Shown here: piece after piece, positions 11,960 to 25,249 of the stretch | Numbering within the stretch: position 1 is the first letter of the stretch | Layout: each line of letters begins with the position of its first letter | Assembly (NCBI RefSeq): GCF_006345805.1 | Contig: NC_042999.1 | Span: 165,602,001 to 165,666,000, forward strand | Direction: 5' to 3' | Length of the DNA stretch: 64,000 bases | Source: Octopus sinensis | Lineage: Eukaryota | Position numbers and translations under genes: made by a program | Notes under the pieces: model-generated | The model's database searches: none | What the model was told of the DNA's origin: nothing | What the model saw: only the letters and a program-made list of their open reading frames with translations

Positions 11960-13150
11960 AAATGGCTTTATTAAAAGTGAGTGGCATTAAAATGCAAGAC
12001 ATGGAGTTAGTATGGAAGCAAGAATACCTGCTTCATGACCCCAGATTATTGTACCATGACATTGTAGTCATAAGTGAAACCAAGATGAAATCACTTGATC
12101 TCCTTCTGAAAGACTATTCAGCCTATGTCTCCTCCAGTCAATTTAGATTGATTGCTGAGTATAGTGATACTCTTTCACAAAGGACCTAGAGGTAAATATG
12201 ATTTTTCGGAGACCAAGATGGTAAGTTGATGGTTCTGGACATGAGCAACAGTAAGGACAATGATGGGCCATGTGGAAGCACAGCATAGTAACAAAGCCAG
12301 AATTCAGTCTATGATGGACTGTGATGGGCTCATGCTCTCCAATTTCAAATGAGTATGATTTTCCAGTAGCACCCTGCCAAACTGTTTTCAATGAACAGTG
12401 GACCAGAGATAGTTGGAGAGAAGGGATAGTGATGCCCACCTTGATGGTTTTCTGCCACTATGGAGCAGGGAAGTAGAGTGCTGAATAAAAAGAAAAAAGA
12501 GAAAACAATTTTCAGCAGAATGAGTTGCAGATATACTGTACAAAGCATAGATCACCGGGATTGGATGACCTGCCCTGTGAACTTTATTTCTACATGCCAG
12601 ACTTATTTGCTCCTGTCTTGACAACTATCTACAGCAGCTGGTATCAGACTGCGAGCATTTCCAATTGAATTAGTTGAGAAGTGGTGATGTTTTGAGAAAG
12701 GATGTGAACAAGGGGATGTGATTGAAAATTTCAGGCCCATAACTCTGCTCAACACAGAGTTAAAGAGTTTGGCAATGGTGCTTGCCAATAGGCTGGCACT
12801 TGTCCTTGGTAGTGTAACTGGAGAAGTGCAAATTTGTGTCATCTCTGACAGATCTGTCCACAACAAACTTCACCTCAAGCAACGCATCATAGAGTGGTCA
12901 GGAATAAATATGGTTTTGGTGGGGTTGATCAGTTTGGATCAGTCTGACGGAGTCAATCATGATACTTGATGACTGTCCTAAGAGCAGTCAGTTTCTGTTC
13001 TGTCTCTAGAAGTGGAATTGCTACAGTGTACAGCTGCATCTGTTCATTTGTCAAACTAAACAGCAAGCTTTCAGAATTGTACAGCATAGAATGCACAATT
13101 CATCATGGATGCCTTCATTTCCCTTTCTCGTTTGTTTTGGCATCAGTGCC
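11960..13150 (+). pseudogene. Decayed, internally deleted L1-clade (Tx1-like) LINE ORF2: APE endonuclease start plus RT
   Basis: DIVVISETK (APE), SPGLDDLPCELY, NFRPITLLNTELKSLAMVLANRL (RT domain 1-2), LDQS, and a remnant HGCL resembling QGCPLS. Stops and frameshifts throughout. Confidence 0.85.
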
Positions 13151-13169
13151 AAAAGTGAAACCATTCAAA

Positions 13170-13390
13170 GGCAGTGAGCTGGCAGAATCATTAGTGTGTT
13201 GGACAGAATGCTTAGTGGCATTTCTTTTGACTTTACATTCTGAGTTCAAATTCTGCTGAGATCAACTTTACCTTTCATCCTTTTGCAGTCAATAAAATAA
13301 GAACCAGTTGAGCAATGGGCTCAATGTAATCAACTGCTCTTTTCCCCACAATTGCAGGCCTTGTTCCTATAGTGGAAAGAATTGGTATTG
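13170..13390 (+). mobile_element. SINE family B
   Basis: ggcagtgagctggcagaatc...ctttacctttcatcctttt...ggccttgttcctatagtggaaaga. Confidence 0.85.
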
Positions 13391-14928
13391 TCATTTTTTT
13401 TATTTTATCACAAATTTGTAGAAGAGAGGACATAGTCATTTAAATCTACATCAATACTTAATTGGTACTTATTTTATTGAATTCCAAAATGGTAAATGGC
13501 AAAATTGAAATTCGCAGGGTTTGAAATCAGAAACTAAAAGAATGTAACTTAATATCACAAAGCATTTAATATGCCACTCCATGATACTTTTTATTATGGT
13601 TTTAATATAATCTTATAATAACTTTTTAATTAACCAATATGCATTTTTACTTAATTATTTACTCATTAAAGAACTAAAAGTTTCATAATTTGCTTAATTA
13701 TGAATATGATTATAATCAAGCTTAAAATCCTATATCAATTATATATTTTTAACATTTTAAGATTACACAAGTGGTATTGTTTATATGGGTCCAGTTTTCT
13801 GGTATGAGGTTTCATATCTTGTTTAACAAAAACTGAATAATGAAATAAAACTATAAATCATTTATTTATTCACTTACACCCACTCCATTTTGATATTAGC
13901 AGAAAAAATGCAGTAGGTAGGAGTATATTTTACTCCCATTACAAAAAATATCACATTAGTAATCAAAATGATGTTTTCAAATTTCTGTTATAGGTGGAGA
14001 AAAACATACTGTCATTTTATCTATAGTTCACTTAGTGGGGTCCATACCGGAAAGTATTACATGCTTAGATTCTTACAGCTAAGCAGCAATCAGATGGAAA
14101 GAATGACGGAACTTAACTGTTATTAATTATACTCTAGTTGGATTATAGCCATGAAGGAAGTAAAATGTTGGCAAACATGCCACGTTAACTTGGGTAAAAG
14201 AAATGTTTCGTACCAGAATGATTTGTAATGAATGTGTTGGTGTATCAGGAAATTGTGGAAAGATGCCAAATTATTTCTACAGAATTACATTTTATGAGTG
14301 GTACATGAGAAAATATAGCAATTGAAAAACATTTCATTTTAGACAAAATATTTAATATTTTCTTTAGTATTATTTATGATCTTAATAGTACACACACACA
14401 CACACACACACACTTGATGTATGTATGCATCACTAAGTAAACATTAGTTATATAACTAAAATTATTAAAGTGTATCCCTAATAAACTGAAAAGAACAACT
14501 AAATGTTTTTACAAATAAAAAACATCAACATAGACTTCTCAAATGAAGCTAAAAAGGATAAATTCAGATCATTAGAGTGGATTATAGATGACCATGTAAT
14601 TTGAATCATTTTAATCTCTCACAGTATTTTGCAATGCTTGTTCTTCTTCTTATTATTATTATCGTTTGTATAACTACTGGTGATGACATTGAATGAGGTG
14701 ACTATGATAAATTAACAGTTGCTAGGGCAAAGACACCTCCAAAAGGTGTATATTTGAATGAATACAGGGCAGAATCTCAAATGAGCAATCTTTAATCTCC
14801 TGGCTTTAATCTCCCTTATCCCATATTCCAGGGGCAGTTTTACTTGTAGCAAGGCTTATCGGTCTTCAAGGGGTCTCAGCTTTCCCTAGTTATTTTCAAG
14901 TGAAATCAAACGAATTTTCATTCTTATA

Positions 14929-15580
14929 TTGGGTCATCCCATAAATAATACGTTTTTTTCAATTGCATGAACTAAAAGTCGGAGAGGGACAGGATAAACT
15001 ACCTACGTCAACTTGCTATAAAAACAGGTAGTAATTTTACTTTGTACTTATTCTTAGTGCAAGTTTTGAAGAGTGCAGTTCAATTTTAACAGTTATTTTT
15101 TCAAAGCTATAATGGAAGTGACAAAGGAGCATATTCGGCATATTTTGCTTTATGAGTTCAATAATGGCAACAAAGCAATGGAAAGTGCAAGGAATATTAA
15201 TGCAGTATATGGGGATTAGGCAATAAGTGTAAGCCACTGTCAGCAGTGATTCCAGAAATTCTGAGTCGGAAACTACAGCCTAGAAGACAAGCCTCATCCT
15301 GAAAGATATGTAGAGCTCATTGAGGACACCCTACAAACCCAGGTAGAACAAAATCCCATCATAACTGTTGAGGAACTAGCAGAGAAGTTTGGATTTGGTC
15401 ATTCAACTATTCATCAACATCTGTGTGCCATCAGAAAAGTCAGCAAAATGGGTCAATGGGTTCTTCACAAACTTTCCAAGTCTAATCATGTGTAGTGAGT
15501 GAATGTGTGTTCTTCTTTGTTGTTATGTCTCACAAATGAACCTTTTTTTTGGACTGAATAGTGACTGGTGCTGAAGAACA
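14929..15580 (+). mobile_element. 3'-truncated mariner, same family as 27148-28379
   Basis: TA followed by TIR ttgggtcatcccataaataat. ATG at 15112 gives MEVTKEHIRHILLYEFNNGNKAMESARNINAVYG (HTH), then GQWVLHKL and VTG remnants. Confidence 0.9.
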
Positions 15581-16444
15581 ATTCTGTAAATATGAAGGTT
15601 TCTTATTAAAATTTAATGGGCAAGGACACTTAAGCATTTCACTTTTTTTATATGTTCTGCACATTTCTCATATATGTATTATAAAAGATTGATCATTGTT
15701 TGTGTGGGTTAAGCCTCATGGACTAAGTTTGGCCCAAGACAACAAGAAATTCAATAGTCAAATGATTAGATTTCCCTAGAGATAATTATATCTTTGATAC
15801 TTTAGAAATTCTTGTATTTGGAAATGCCCTTTCTTTTGGAGTAGGAAGAACAAAAGACTTTAACATGGGTGTTAAATGTTGGTCATGAGTAATATTTGAG
15901 GTGAGGGAATATTGATATGGGAGGATACTTACAAAACAGAGAATTTATTAAAAGTTTATAGTATAATGATTGAATTGTTTTAATTCATCAGTCCTGTGTA
16001 TGCTAGACTTGTAACAGTTCCTGCTTCTGTATATATGTATTTGAGATTTTGAACTTAGCAAATTGTCTGAACTATGAAGATGAACCACATAAAAAGATTC
16101 GCAAAGTGACCTTAAGTCTGAGTCATCTCTTTATATGTTTACTCATTCTATATTTGAAGGAAAAAAACTATTTATTGTGTAATATGTTGTTTACACATTT
16201 ACATGGTATATGTACAAGTTTTCAATCATTTTTGAACATATTGTGATATTATTTCAACTCTACAAATCACAATTGTTTTAACTATTTTGGGTTCCAAGCC
16301 TTGTAATTATTCATATATAAATGTGCAAGAAGGAAACTAAAACTGTATTTTCACTCCCTTACACTATATCCTTCACTCAAATAATCCTGCTAACAGAACA
16401 GTTCTGTTCTTTTCCATGCTTATAATTATGAAATTTAGTGTTAC

Positions 16445-16660
16445 AGTCATCATCATATAGCATCCGCTTTTCATGCTGGCATAGGTTCGACAGTTTGACT
16501 GGGGCTGGTTAGCCAGAAAGCTGTATCCCGTCTGATTTGGCATGGTTTCTATGGCTGGATGCCCTTCCTGATGCCAACTACTCCACAGAGTGTAGTGGGT
16601 GCCTTTAAGTGTCACCAGCATGGGTGCTTTTATGTGTCACTGGCACGGACATGTCACCAG
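16445..16660 (-). mobile_element. RTE-type 3' tail fragment
   Basis: catcatcatatagcatccgcttttcatgctggcataggttcgacag...ggctggatgcccttcctgatgccaac. Confidence 0.8.
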
Positions 16661-19454
16661 CACAGTATAATTATAAATTCTGTATCAATCATAATAGTAC
16701 TCATTTCTGACCTGATAGGACCAACCCTTGTATGCATGGCCATACAGTACTGATAATAAGAATAACATTATAGATGCTGTAGAAATACTAAGCATTGGTT
16801 TATTTTTTACTTGAGATGAGAAAGAGTGTTGTAAAATGAAGCACCAATTGAGATACAGTATAACCTTTATTCCAAAGATCTACCTATATATTGTATCCAT
16901 TACTCAAATGAATAAAACACATTTCTGGATTATGTTACAATTGCTTTTCTCCACTAGAGAAGTTTTACATGTAATATGTTTATTTTATTAACACATAGTC
17001 CAACCCATGCTAGCATGGAAAGCGGACGCTAAACTATGATGATGATGATGATGATATATGTATGTGTGTGTCTCCTTGTCTTGACATTGTATGATAGTTG
17101 TACAATGAGCTTCACCATTATACAGTGTTCTTCATTTCTAGTTTTCCATGGAAACCTGTCCAGCAATATGAAAACATAACCTTGCTCAGAAAAATGTTAG
17201 GGTTGGCAACAGGAAAGGCATTAATGAATTCCATGCAAGCATGGGAAAGTGGACATAAAATGATAGTGATGATTTTAATATAAAAATTGAAGAATCCTTG
17301 TCCATATGACTGACATATTCTTTTAATCTTCAAAACATATTCAAATTCTTCTTGAACAATTTAATCTACATTTAAAGCTATTGGATTACTGGATGTATAA
17401 AGAAATGAAACTTGAAACTATTCTCAACCTAAGAAACTTAATCGTCGTGATATTATATGCTTATAAGATCTTCACCAAAATCTAAAGCTAATGTTTCTAC
17501 TGGTATCAACAGATAATTATAAAATGACTTGTAATTGGACTGTGTTTTACAACTAGACTTCTGTCAGTGATGTCTTAGAGTGCAACAAGTTTGTCAGGTT
17601 TGCAACGCTGATCTGTTCTTACTTCCTGTGCAATTTCTCTGCCGGCTTTACCTGACAGATTTTCAAGCTGGGTATCAGTCACAAGTATCTCACCAGTCAT
17701 AGGTACCACTCCTTCTCTTACAAGTTTTCAAATATGTGCATGGAAGTTCAACTTAGTTATACAACATAACTAAAAAGTAGGAGATTTTTGTGCTAGATGT
17801 TGTGAAAGAGTGAGCTAATATCTTGGTTTTCATTATAGTTTCACTATGCCAAGTACCATAAGTTTTTGATATTAAACAAAAGATATTCATCACTAGATTT
17901 CTATTAAAAAGAAATCAAAAATATTTGCAAATAGGATAGTTAATCAATGTTTTCATCACTTGAAGTAAAAGCAAAATGTTAATAATTGAAGCAACTAAAC
18001 AGTCTGTCTTTTCTTAAAGTTGAAGGAATTCTTTTGTCTTTAGTAAAGTCGACTAATGATTTTCATTATTATTGCAATTTTCTATCATTTGTAATTTGTC
18101 CGATTATATTAATGCTAATTGCAGATTGATTAGATCTAGTTTTCAGCTCAACTACTATCTGCCAATCAAATCTGCTGCATGGTAGTAAATATACTTGTTC
18201 AAATATTGATAGATCTACTCTAGATTAAACAGAAAATGGTCCTTACTCAAAACCCTTTCAATTCTTATTTTTTAATATTGCATACAACACACACACACAC
18301 ACACACACACCACACACACACACAAACATACACACACACACACACACACACAACACACACACACACACACACACAAACATAAATACATAATACATGCATG
18401 CATGCATAGTTAATACATTCTCTTCTAGTTTACACAGGCACTACTCAGAGTCTCATGTTTCATGTAGATTTACAGTAAATTTAAATTTTAAATTCTCAGC
18501 CAATTATAGATGCACTAAGCAATGATGATTAATATAAAGCTGTGTATATTTATATTTACCTTGTTTATCAGCTACAGGAACTGAAAACAAATTTGGTGTT
18601 TATAGCTGTGAAGCATAACAACACAGCAACATTTGTCCTACTACTGTCCTACGACAACATTCATTGTCCACCTTGGTATGTTTTCATGCACATTGTCTAC
18701 AAGAATTTCTCTTCCAAAACAGTCATTGCTGTGAAGGTCTTGCCATGTGTAAATGTACACAAACTTATTAAATATGAATGTACTCTTTTTTTTATCATTG
18801 TTGCTTAATTAATGAATTAATTTCAGCTTGACAAAGTTTTACATACACACTAGCAAATTTACTACACATACACCAACAGTTCTTAGTGCACTATGAGTAA
18901 TAAATTCAGTTTCTGTAACTAATAAAGCATAATGATACAGAAACACATGTCCTACAATCCAGTAACATAAATAATAGCCCAGATCAGTTTGTTTTCACTG
19001 TTCTCTTTGAAGGTAGTTACCACAGTAAAAGTCTTTCCTCATTTGAGTACACTTAAACATGTTAAATATAAATGTACATAGCATTATAATGTCAATGTTG
19101 CTTAAAAGATATATTCATTTGCATAAACAAGGAAATTCTGACAAATTTGTATACCGACCTTCCAAGTTTAATATTTGAATTACTGTTAAATACAAAATTC
19201 TAAGTAATGCTCATGTAATTCACAAAGTATTATAATCTTTATATAATCTCTTCTTTGCTGCACTGAGTGCACTTGTTATTCAAGAGTAACAATATGATTG
19301 CAAGCATAATTAAAGAACATTAGGATAGTTATTTAAATGCTTTAAATAGCTGTCGAAGTAGACCACATGCTAGTCATCCACATAGATAATCAGATAGTAC
19401 AGGAAGGAAGGTGCCATAACCGATGTGTGGAATAGTAACATCCTCAACATTGTG

Positions 19455-19978
19455 TAACAAGATTTTTGTCCTTGGGTAGCAACTCTTATTTCCTTTTTGC
19501 TTACCCCTAGAAAGTATGAAAAATAACTAATATTTCTTTCAAACTTTACTTTTGCTACATTGATTCAATCTCCGAAGAATCTCTCTCAACATATAACTAT
19601 GATGCTCCCCGAATACTCCTGCTCATTATTCAAACCCCAAAGAATTCCTCTCAACACATGGCTATGATGCTCCCCCACTACTCCTGCTCATGATCGGAGA
19701 TGCACATATTGTCAGCCACTAAGGGACATGCTCAAGTAGTTTAAGGTCAAGTAACTGACAAGCAAATCTGTGGTATTGAGTAGAATATTTGCTATAACAA
19801 TATTTCTGCTTCTGTAACTCAGCACTGAATTTGTCAGTTTCAAAACATTGATGTCCAGGTAAACAAGAGCAAAGTTAGAAGGGAACGGTAGTCATTTCCT
19901 TTGATTTCTAAATAGAAGCAAATAGGAAATAACACTTACTGACCAAAGACAAAAAAATAATTTTGTTACACAGTTTTA
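19455..19978 (+). repeat. Local direct duplication copy 1: partial AAT-tailed SINE plus shared flank; copy 2 at 47105-47587
   Basis: Shared diagnostic variant gctcaagtagtttaaggtcaagtaactgac and shared non-SINE flank ending ...gaccaaagacaaaaaaataa...ttgttacacagt. Confidence 0.85.
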
Positions 19979-20109
19979 TGAAATGTTATGTAGATTAAGA
20001 AAGTTATGGAAAGATTTATCATAAATTGATTAAAAAGAGAATTAACCTGTTTGTGCTTGTGCCAACAATAGAAGTTACCACTGTCATCTTAATGGAACGA
20101 TTGTAGGAA

Positions 20110-20545
20110 AAGTATTTAGCTACAAATATGCCCTTGTACTAACATTCATCAACTTGGAGAAGGCTTTTGACATGGTTTTATGCTTTACAATCTGGTAGTT
20201 GTTAAGGAAACTAATGGATGAATGGTTTGTGAAGGTTGTACAAGTCATATGCAAAGGTGCTGTCAGTAAGGTGAGATTTAGAAATGAGTCCAACACTGCA
20301 AACAGAGGTCCATCTGTTATAACCCTCCAAGCCATAACAGAAGAGTTGTGTCTATGGGAACACCTGTCTGATGTTGACTTAGTTCTTATAGCTGAATCTG
20401 TGGATGATTTAGTGACATAGTGGCAAAACCTAGCATCAAAAGGTTTCAAAATAAACAGCATAACTAAAGATTTAATGTGTAAGAAAGAAGACAGGACCCT
20501 GCATCATCAGGAAAATGGCCAGGCTAAATATGCAGAAAAGAGTTC
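20110..20545 (+). pseudogene. Decayed RTE-clade RT fragment
   Basis: FINLEKAFD, LRKLMDEWFVKVVQ, LQAITEE, D(V)DLVLIAES and the start of the KWP..ICRK domain. Colinear with the RTE at 54493-55650. Confidence 0.85.
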
Positions 20546-21228
20546 CTGTTTCACTACCCTCTCGTCTATCACTCATATTTTTTCCTATTCACTTTGCGAC
20601 ATTGCTTATGTAACAAAGAGTTAAATTCTACCTGTGCATATTCAATGATCCCTATCATCATTCTCTCTCACTCTATCTCCCCTCTGTCATGATGCATATG
20701 TTGTTATTTACCTCCAGGTCAACCTTGACTAGCCTGACCTATGAAGAAACGTATTCTATCTATGATCAACCTGTCTCTTTTCAGATGTAATAGTTCCTAG
20801 ACCATATTATATAATGTATCCTCACATTTTTTTTTAACTGTCAGGTTTGATTTTAGGGAGTATGGCTGCTATTCTAACAGTTCAAATGACTATTTTGAGA
20901 CACCCTTATTGGCTATATGATGTTTTAAGACTAAGACCACAAGTTCATTATTTCCCTGCAGTCAAGAATGTGTATGGTTTTAGAATGAACTATTCAAGAA
21001 GATATTTGATGTTTCAAATGACTTGTTTTGATGCAAAAAGAAAAAAAAAACAGAATAGGTTTAGTATAGGAATTCTTTCTTCTTGTAAACTGTTCAAACA
21101 AACAAAACCATACTATACTGGAGAGTCACTTATTAACTATACCAAATTCATTGAATATTCAAGGTAACAGCTTTTTCTTAAATGAAAGTATTAGTTTCTT
21201 TAGAACAGGGCCCAAGACTGTTTTTTAA

Positions 21229-21456
21229 CCCTTTAGTGTTTAAACTGGTCATATCCAGCCTAAATATTCTACCTCTTTTATGTTCAAACCAGCCAAATCT
21301 GGCCTCTTCTACCTACCCTATGATGTCACTCTAAAAGTAAATAGTAACATCATCAAAATCTAATCTCATCAAAGCTAAGAGATGATGTATGAGTAATTGA
21401 AAACAATACAAATAAATAGGAATTGTATTTGACAGAGTAATCTGAATGCTAAAGGG
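21229..21456. mobile_element. piggyBac-type MITE
   Basis: TTAA|ccctttagtgtt ... tctgaatgctaaaggg|TTAC: CCC/GGG TIRs with a near-TTAA TSD. Confidence 0.75.
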
Positions 21457-21814
21457 TTACATGATGGTAGTATAGTCATGTGAATAAATCCTATATCTCC
21501 AAGCACTTATTTTATTGACATCAAAGGGATATAAGGTAGGATTTGGACTCAATCAATGCTACAGTCTTGCATGCAACTTTTCCCACCATCTTACGTCTTT
21601 TGAGAGAGAGAGAGTGTAGCTAATTAAATCAACCCCAGTGTATTCTAACCATGATTAAAGTTATCCCAACTTCAACATTGAACTGTACTTTACCTAAACA
21701 TGATAAAGTAAAGCTTCAAGTGCAGCATTCATACTACAATGATCTATTGAAATAATACCCTTTGCTTGGGCAGTTAAAATGAAGCAATACTACTAAGTTT
21801 GCCAAAACAAATTA

Positions 21815-22200
21815 CATAATAAAGTAATCTGTATGGTAAGTAGCTTGCTTACCAACCACATAGTTCCAGATTCAGTCCCACTGCATAGCACTTTGGGCAA
21901 GTGTCTTCTACTATGACCCCAGTCCAACAAAATTCTTGTGAGTGGATTTGGAAGATGGAAACTAAAAGAAGCCCATCATATATATACGTGTGTGTGTGTG
22001 TCTTTGTGTCTGTGTTTGTCCCTCCATCACATCTTGACAACTGGTGTTGGTGTGTTTACATCCCCATAACTTAGTGGGTCAGCAAAAGAGACTGATAGAA
22101 TGCAGACTAGCCTTAAGAAATAAGTTCTGGAGTCAATTTGTTTAACTAAAAGCTTTCAAGATGGTGCTCCAGCATGGTCACAGTCAAATGACTGATAAAT
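21815..22200 (+). mobile_element. SINE family A, near full length
   Basis: Head, central (GT)n and tail ggtgctccagcatggtcacagtcaaatgactga. Confidence 0.85.
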
Positions 22201-22752
22201 ATTATTTAAAACTAAGAGAAATTATAATTAGTTTTACATTAATCTATAAGTTTGTTTCTAGCTATTGTCATCAGTTTATTATTAACACCTTTCATCTATT
22301 CTTTATATTTCATATTTTGAATATCACAATAATAACAGTACAAATGAGACTCATAACTATCTCCCATGACCTTTTCTAACCCCATATATTTAGCAGTTAA
22401 ATCTGCATCAATGAAATGTTTTTTCTTTCCTTTAATGAACTAAATATTTCATTATGTTTAACTCTGATCAAAAGTCTAGTCTATATCAAAGCCAGATTTA
22501 TTCAGCTCTCAAAGAACAGTATCCTAAAAAGGGAAGTGATTGAATGTCACAATTTTCACAGATAATCTTCAAATGTGACAGTTTGTTATTAATTTGTATC
22601 CTCTCCAGTTTTGCCATTACACATCTTTAATTCCATCATCACTAAGTTGCATGTGTATGTGGCTCTTTCACTTCCTATTATAAGTTCAACATATATATCA
22701 TATGTATATACTAGCAAACAAGCAAAACACATACATTGAATATGTGCAGTTG

Positions 22753-22791
<39 letters not shown>

Positions 22792-22946
22792 TACATATTT
22801 ATTAACCCTAAGATACTTATAGTTAATAATTCTTAATGCTTTAGATACTATGCTATGAAAAAGATTACAAAACTGATGGGATTTTTTACACTTGATTTAT
22901 GTAAACATTTATATCTGGTAGTTGTTGACCAATTATTGACTTTTGA

Positions 22947-22985
<39 letters not shown>

Positions 22986-22993
<8 letters not shown>

Positions 22994-23240
22994 AAAGGGC
23001 TTAGTAAAATAAATTACTTTGCCGCATACTGAACTCATTAGAAATAGCAGCTAAAAAAACATTTATAAAACTATTTCTAATACTTAAAGAAAACCTCTCT
23101 CATATAGTGTTTGCTCTCATATATGAGAGAGGTTTTCTTTAAGTATTAGAAATAGTTTTATAAATGTTTTTTTAGCTGCTATTTCTAATGAGTTCAGTAT
23201 GCGGCAAAGTAATTTATTTTACTAAGCCCTTTTATATAAT
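22986..23240. repeat. Perfect inverted repeat: 121-bp arms, 13-nt spacer
   Basis: 22986-23106 is the reverse complement of 23120-23240, including a 7-A/7-T run. Spacer gtgtttgctctca. Confidence 0.95.
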
Positions 23241-23349
23241 GTAATAATTTGAATTCGCCTTAAATGGTCCCTTTGCATACTGAACACTTGGTGAAATTGA
23301 TAATTAATTAATTTTACCCTCAATTGTTGAAATATATATATATATATAT

Positions 23350-24020
23350 ATGATGGCTGCCCCCTCGTTATCGAGTATGGCCATTGCACGAAGCTTAACT
23401 GTTATTGGTGCTGTGATCGAATGTGACTTTTATTTGCTTTTTAAGGCTACAGCCAGCCATTCAGTTGAGACTCACAGCACCATCAACAATCATGAACAAT
23501 GTTGTTATCATGCAATGCCTGTGCAAGAAGATTTTTTTTTAAGTGAGGAAAGGCTGTGCACTGAGTCAATCCCACTCACTAAGCAACAGCAGCCATAATC
23601 CGAAAAGAAGAACAAATCAACATCATCGGTAACCACTGAGCTACAGGTTTTATGTCGGAGTTATCCCAGTTACCTGAGTTACCTTCTCCTAGAAGGATAC
23701 CTTAACAAAGGCTAGAAGTCCTTCACTCCCAATGGTTTAACCGCGCAATCAGGTATTCAGTCCGATTATTTCTATGTCCCCATGCATGATACAGCCTTAA
23801 GCCTTAAGAAAAAAAATTACACATTTATTGGATGTCCGTTGACTCTCAAGAGTTCCTCCGCCCTTTGGCAGGTTTTGTTTTTCATCCCACAGTGTATCCA
23901 ATAAACACCCTCCCCACCAAGCAAGCTTGGTGGGGTTGCCAGTTTAGTCGCCGACCGCCCGACCATGCAACAGGTTGTACTGGGTTACATGTTACCAGTA
24001 GCACTCGAAAGTGACCTGAC
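23350..24020 (-). mobile_element. CpG-rich unclassified element between (TA)n and (CATA)n; possibly an internally deleted RTE-like non-autonomous element
   Basis: High CpG content and hairpins. Minus-strand ctagcctttgttaagg...ctaggagaaggtaactc resembles RTE 5'-UTR motifs (recalled, unverified). Confidence 0.35.
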
Positions 24021-24375
24021 ATCATACATACATACATGCATGCATGCATGTTTGCATGCATGCATACATACATACATACATACACACACATACATACATA
24101 CACACACATACATACATACATAAACACACACACACACACACACACACATACATACGTATATGAGAAAATGTTGGGTTTTTTTCTTTTTTCCATCAAATAT
24201 ACTTCTTAGCCTTAAACAATCTGAAAAAGGCAAATGAATAATGTTTCTGCTAGATATTGATAATTTAAGCCATATATAGTTAATACTCTTCAGAACAGTC
24301 AAATCTATAGATTAAGAGCCATCAGAAATTGAAATGTTTTTGATTATATTTGTGTAAATTAAGGATAGTTTTTAA

Positions 24376-24577
24376 CCCTTTTGCCACCATAATTCTGTGA
24401 TGCCTTTATTTCAATTAATTTTGAAAATAATGAAGAATTTAATAGAATAACTTTTAAAACTGATGTTTGGAACATTAATTGCTAATTTTGATAGATGGTT
24501 TTGATTTAGGTAAGTTTAAAACAGGAATTTGCATCATAGAACCAGGGCTGGTTTTAGGTGGGTTAGTATTCAAAGGG
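24376..24577. mobile_element. piggyBac-type MITE, second family
   Basis: TTAA|cccttttg ... gtattcaaaggg|TTAA. Confidence 0.7.
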
Positions 24578-24652
24578 TTAAGTGACAATTCAGTGTATTC
24601 TACTACTTCTGAATACCACTCAAATGTATTGATATATTAAACATCATTATTT

Positions 24653-24745
<93 letters not shown>

Positions 24746-25249
24746 TTCTTTCTCTCTACTTTAAGCTACTCAGAGAGATAAAAATAATCCAACAACTGTT
24801 CTTCATTTCATTGCACATCTCATCATACACAGTATGGAATATCAGAGTCATAAAATTGATAATGATGATGATGGTGTAGTGTAGAGTATTCTACTCTTGA
24901 AGAATTTTTGCTTGGAACTTATGGCATTTAAGATTTGTTCACAACACCTTGTATTTTGCTTTATGTCAGCCATGACAATGCATAAATAAGTCTATTTTGA
25001 GCAAATATGTCTTTGGGGGATTTGCTGATTAAGTGAATACATGTGTGGGATTTTCTCACATCCAACTATCATGATTATATCCAAGGTAAAAAAATGTGTG
25101 TATCTTATTTTAACATGCTTTGGTTTATTTTCAGTTCATTAAGTTTACATACATACACATACACACATGCACATACACACACATGCATACATACATACAT
25201 ACATACATACACACACACATACATATGTATGTACGTACGTACATACAAC

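Noticed and set aside
17590-17735. ~49-codon open frame on the minus strand (LVREGVVPMTGEILVTDTQLENLSGKAGREIAQEV) with GT donor-like sites
   Set aside because: No convincing acceptor, no recognisable homology and an in-frame stop immediately upstream. It cannot be supported without RNA-seq.
19381-19440. HIGYGTFLP on the minus strand, resembling a K+ channel selectivity filter
   Set aside because: Lacks the TT/TxGYGD context, a stop follows within a few codons, and there are no flanking transmembrane segments.
21495-21535. YPFD on the minus strand, resembling a Cys-loop motif
   Set aside because: It is a decayed SINE family B central domain, and no flanking cysteines are present.
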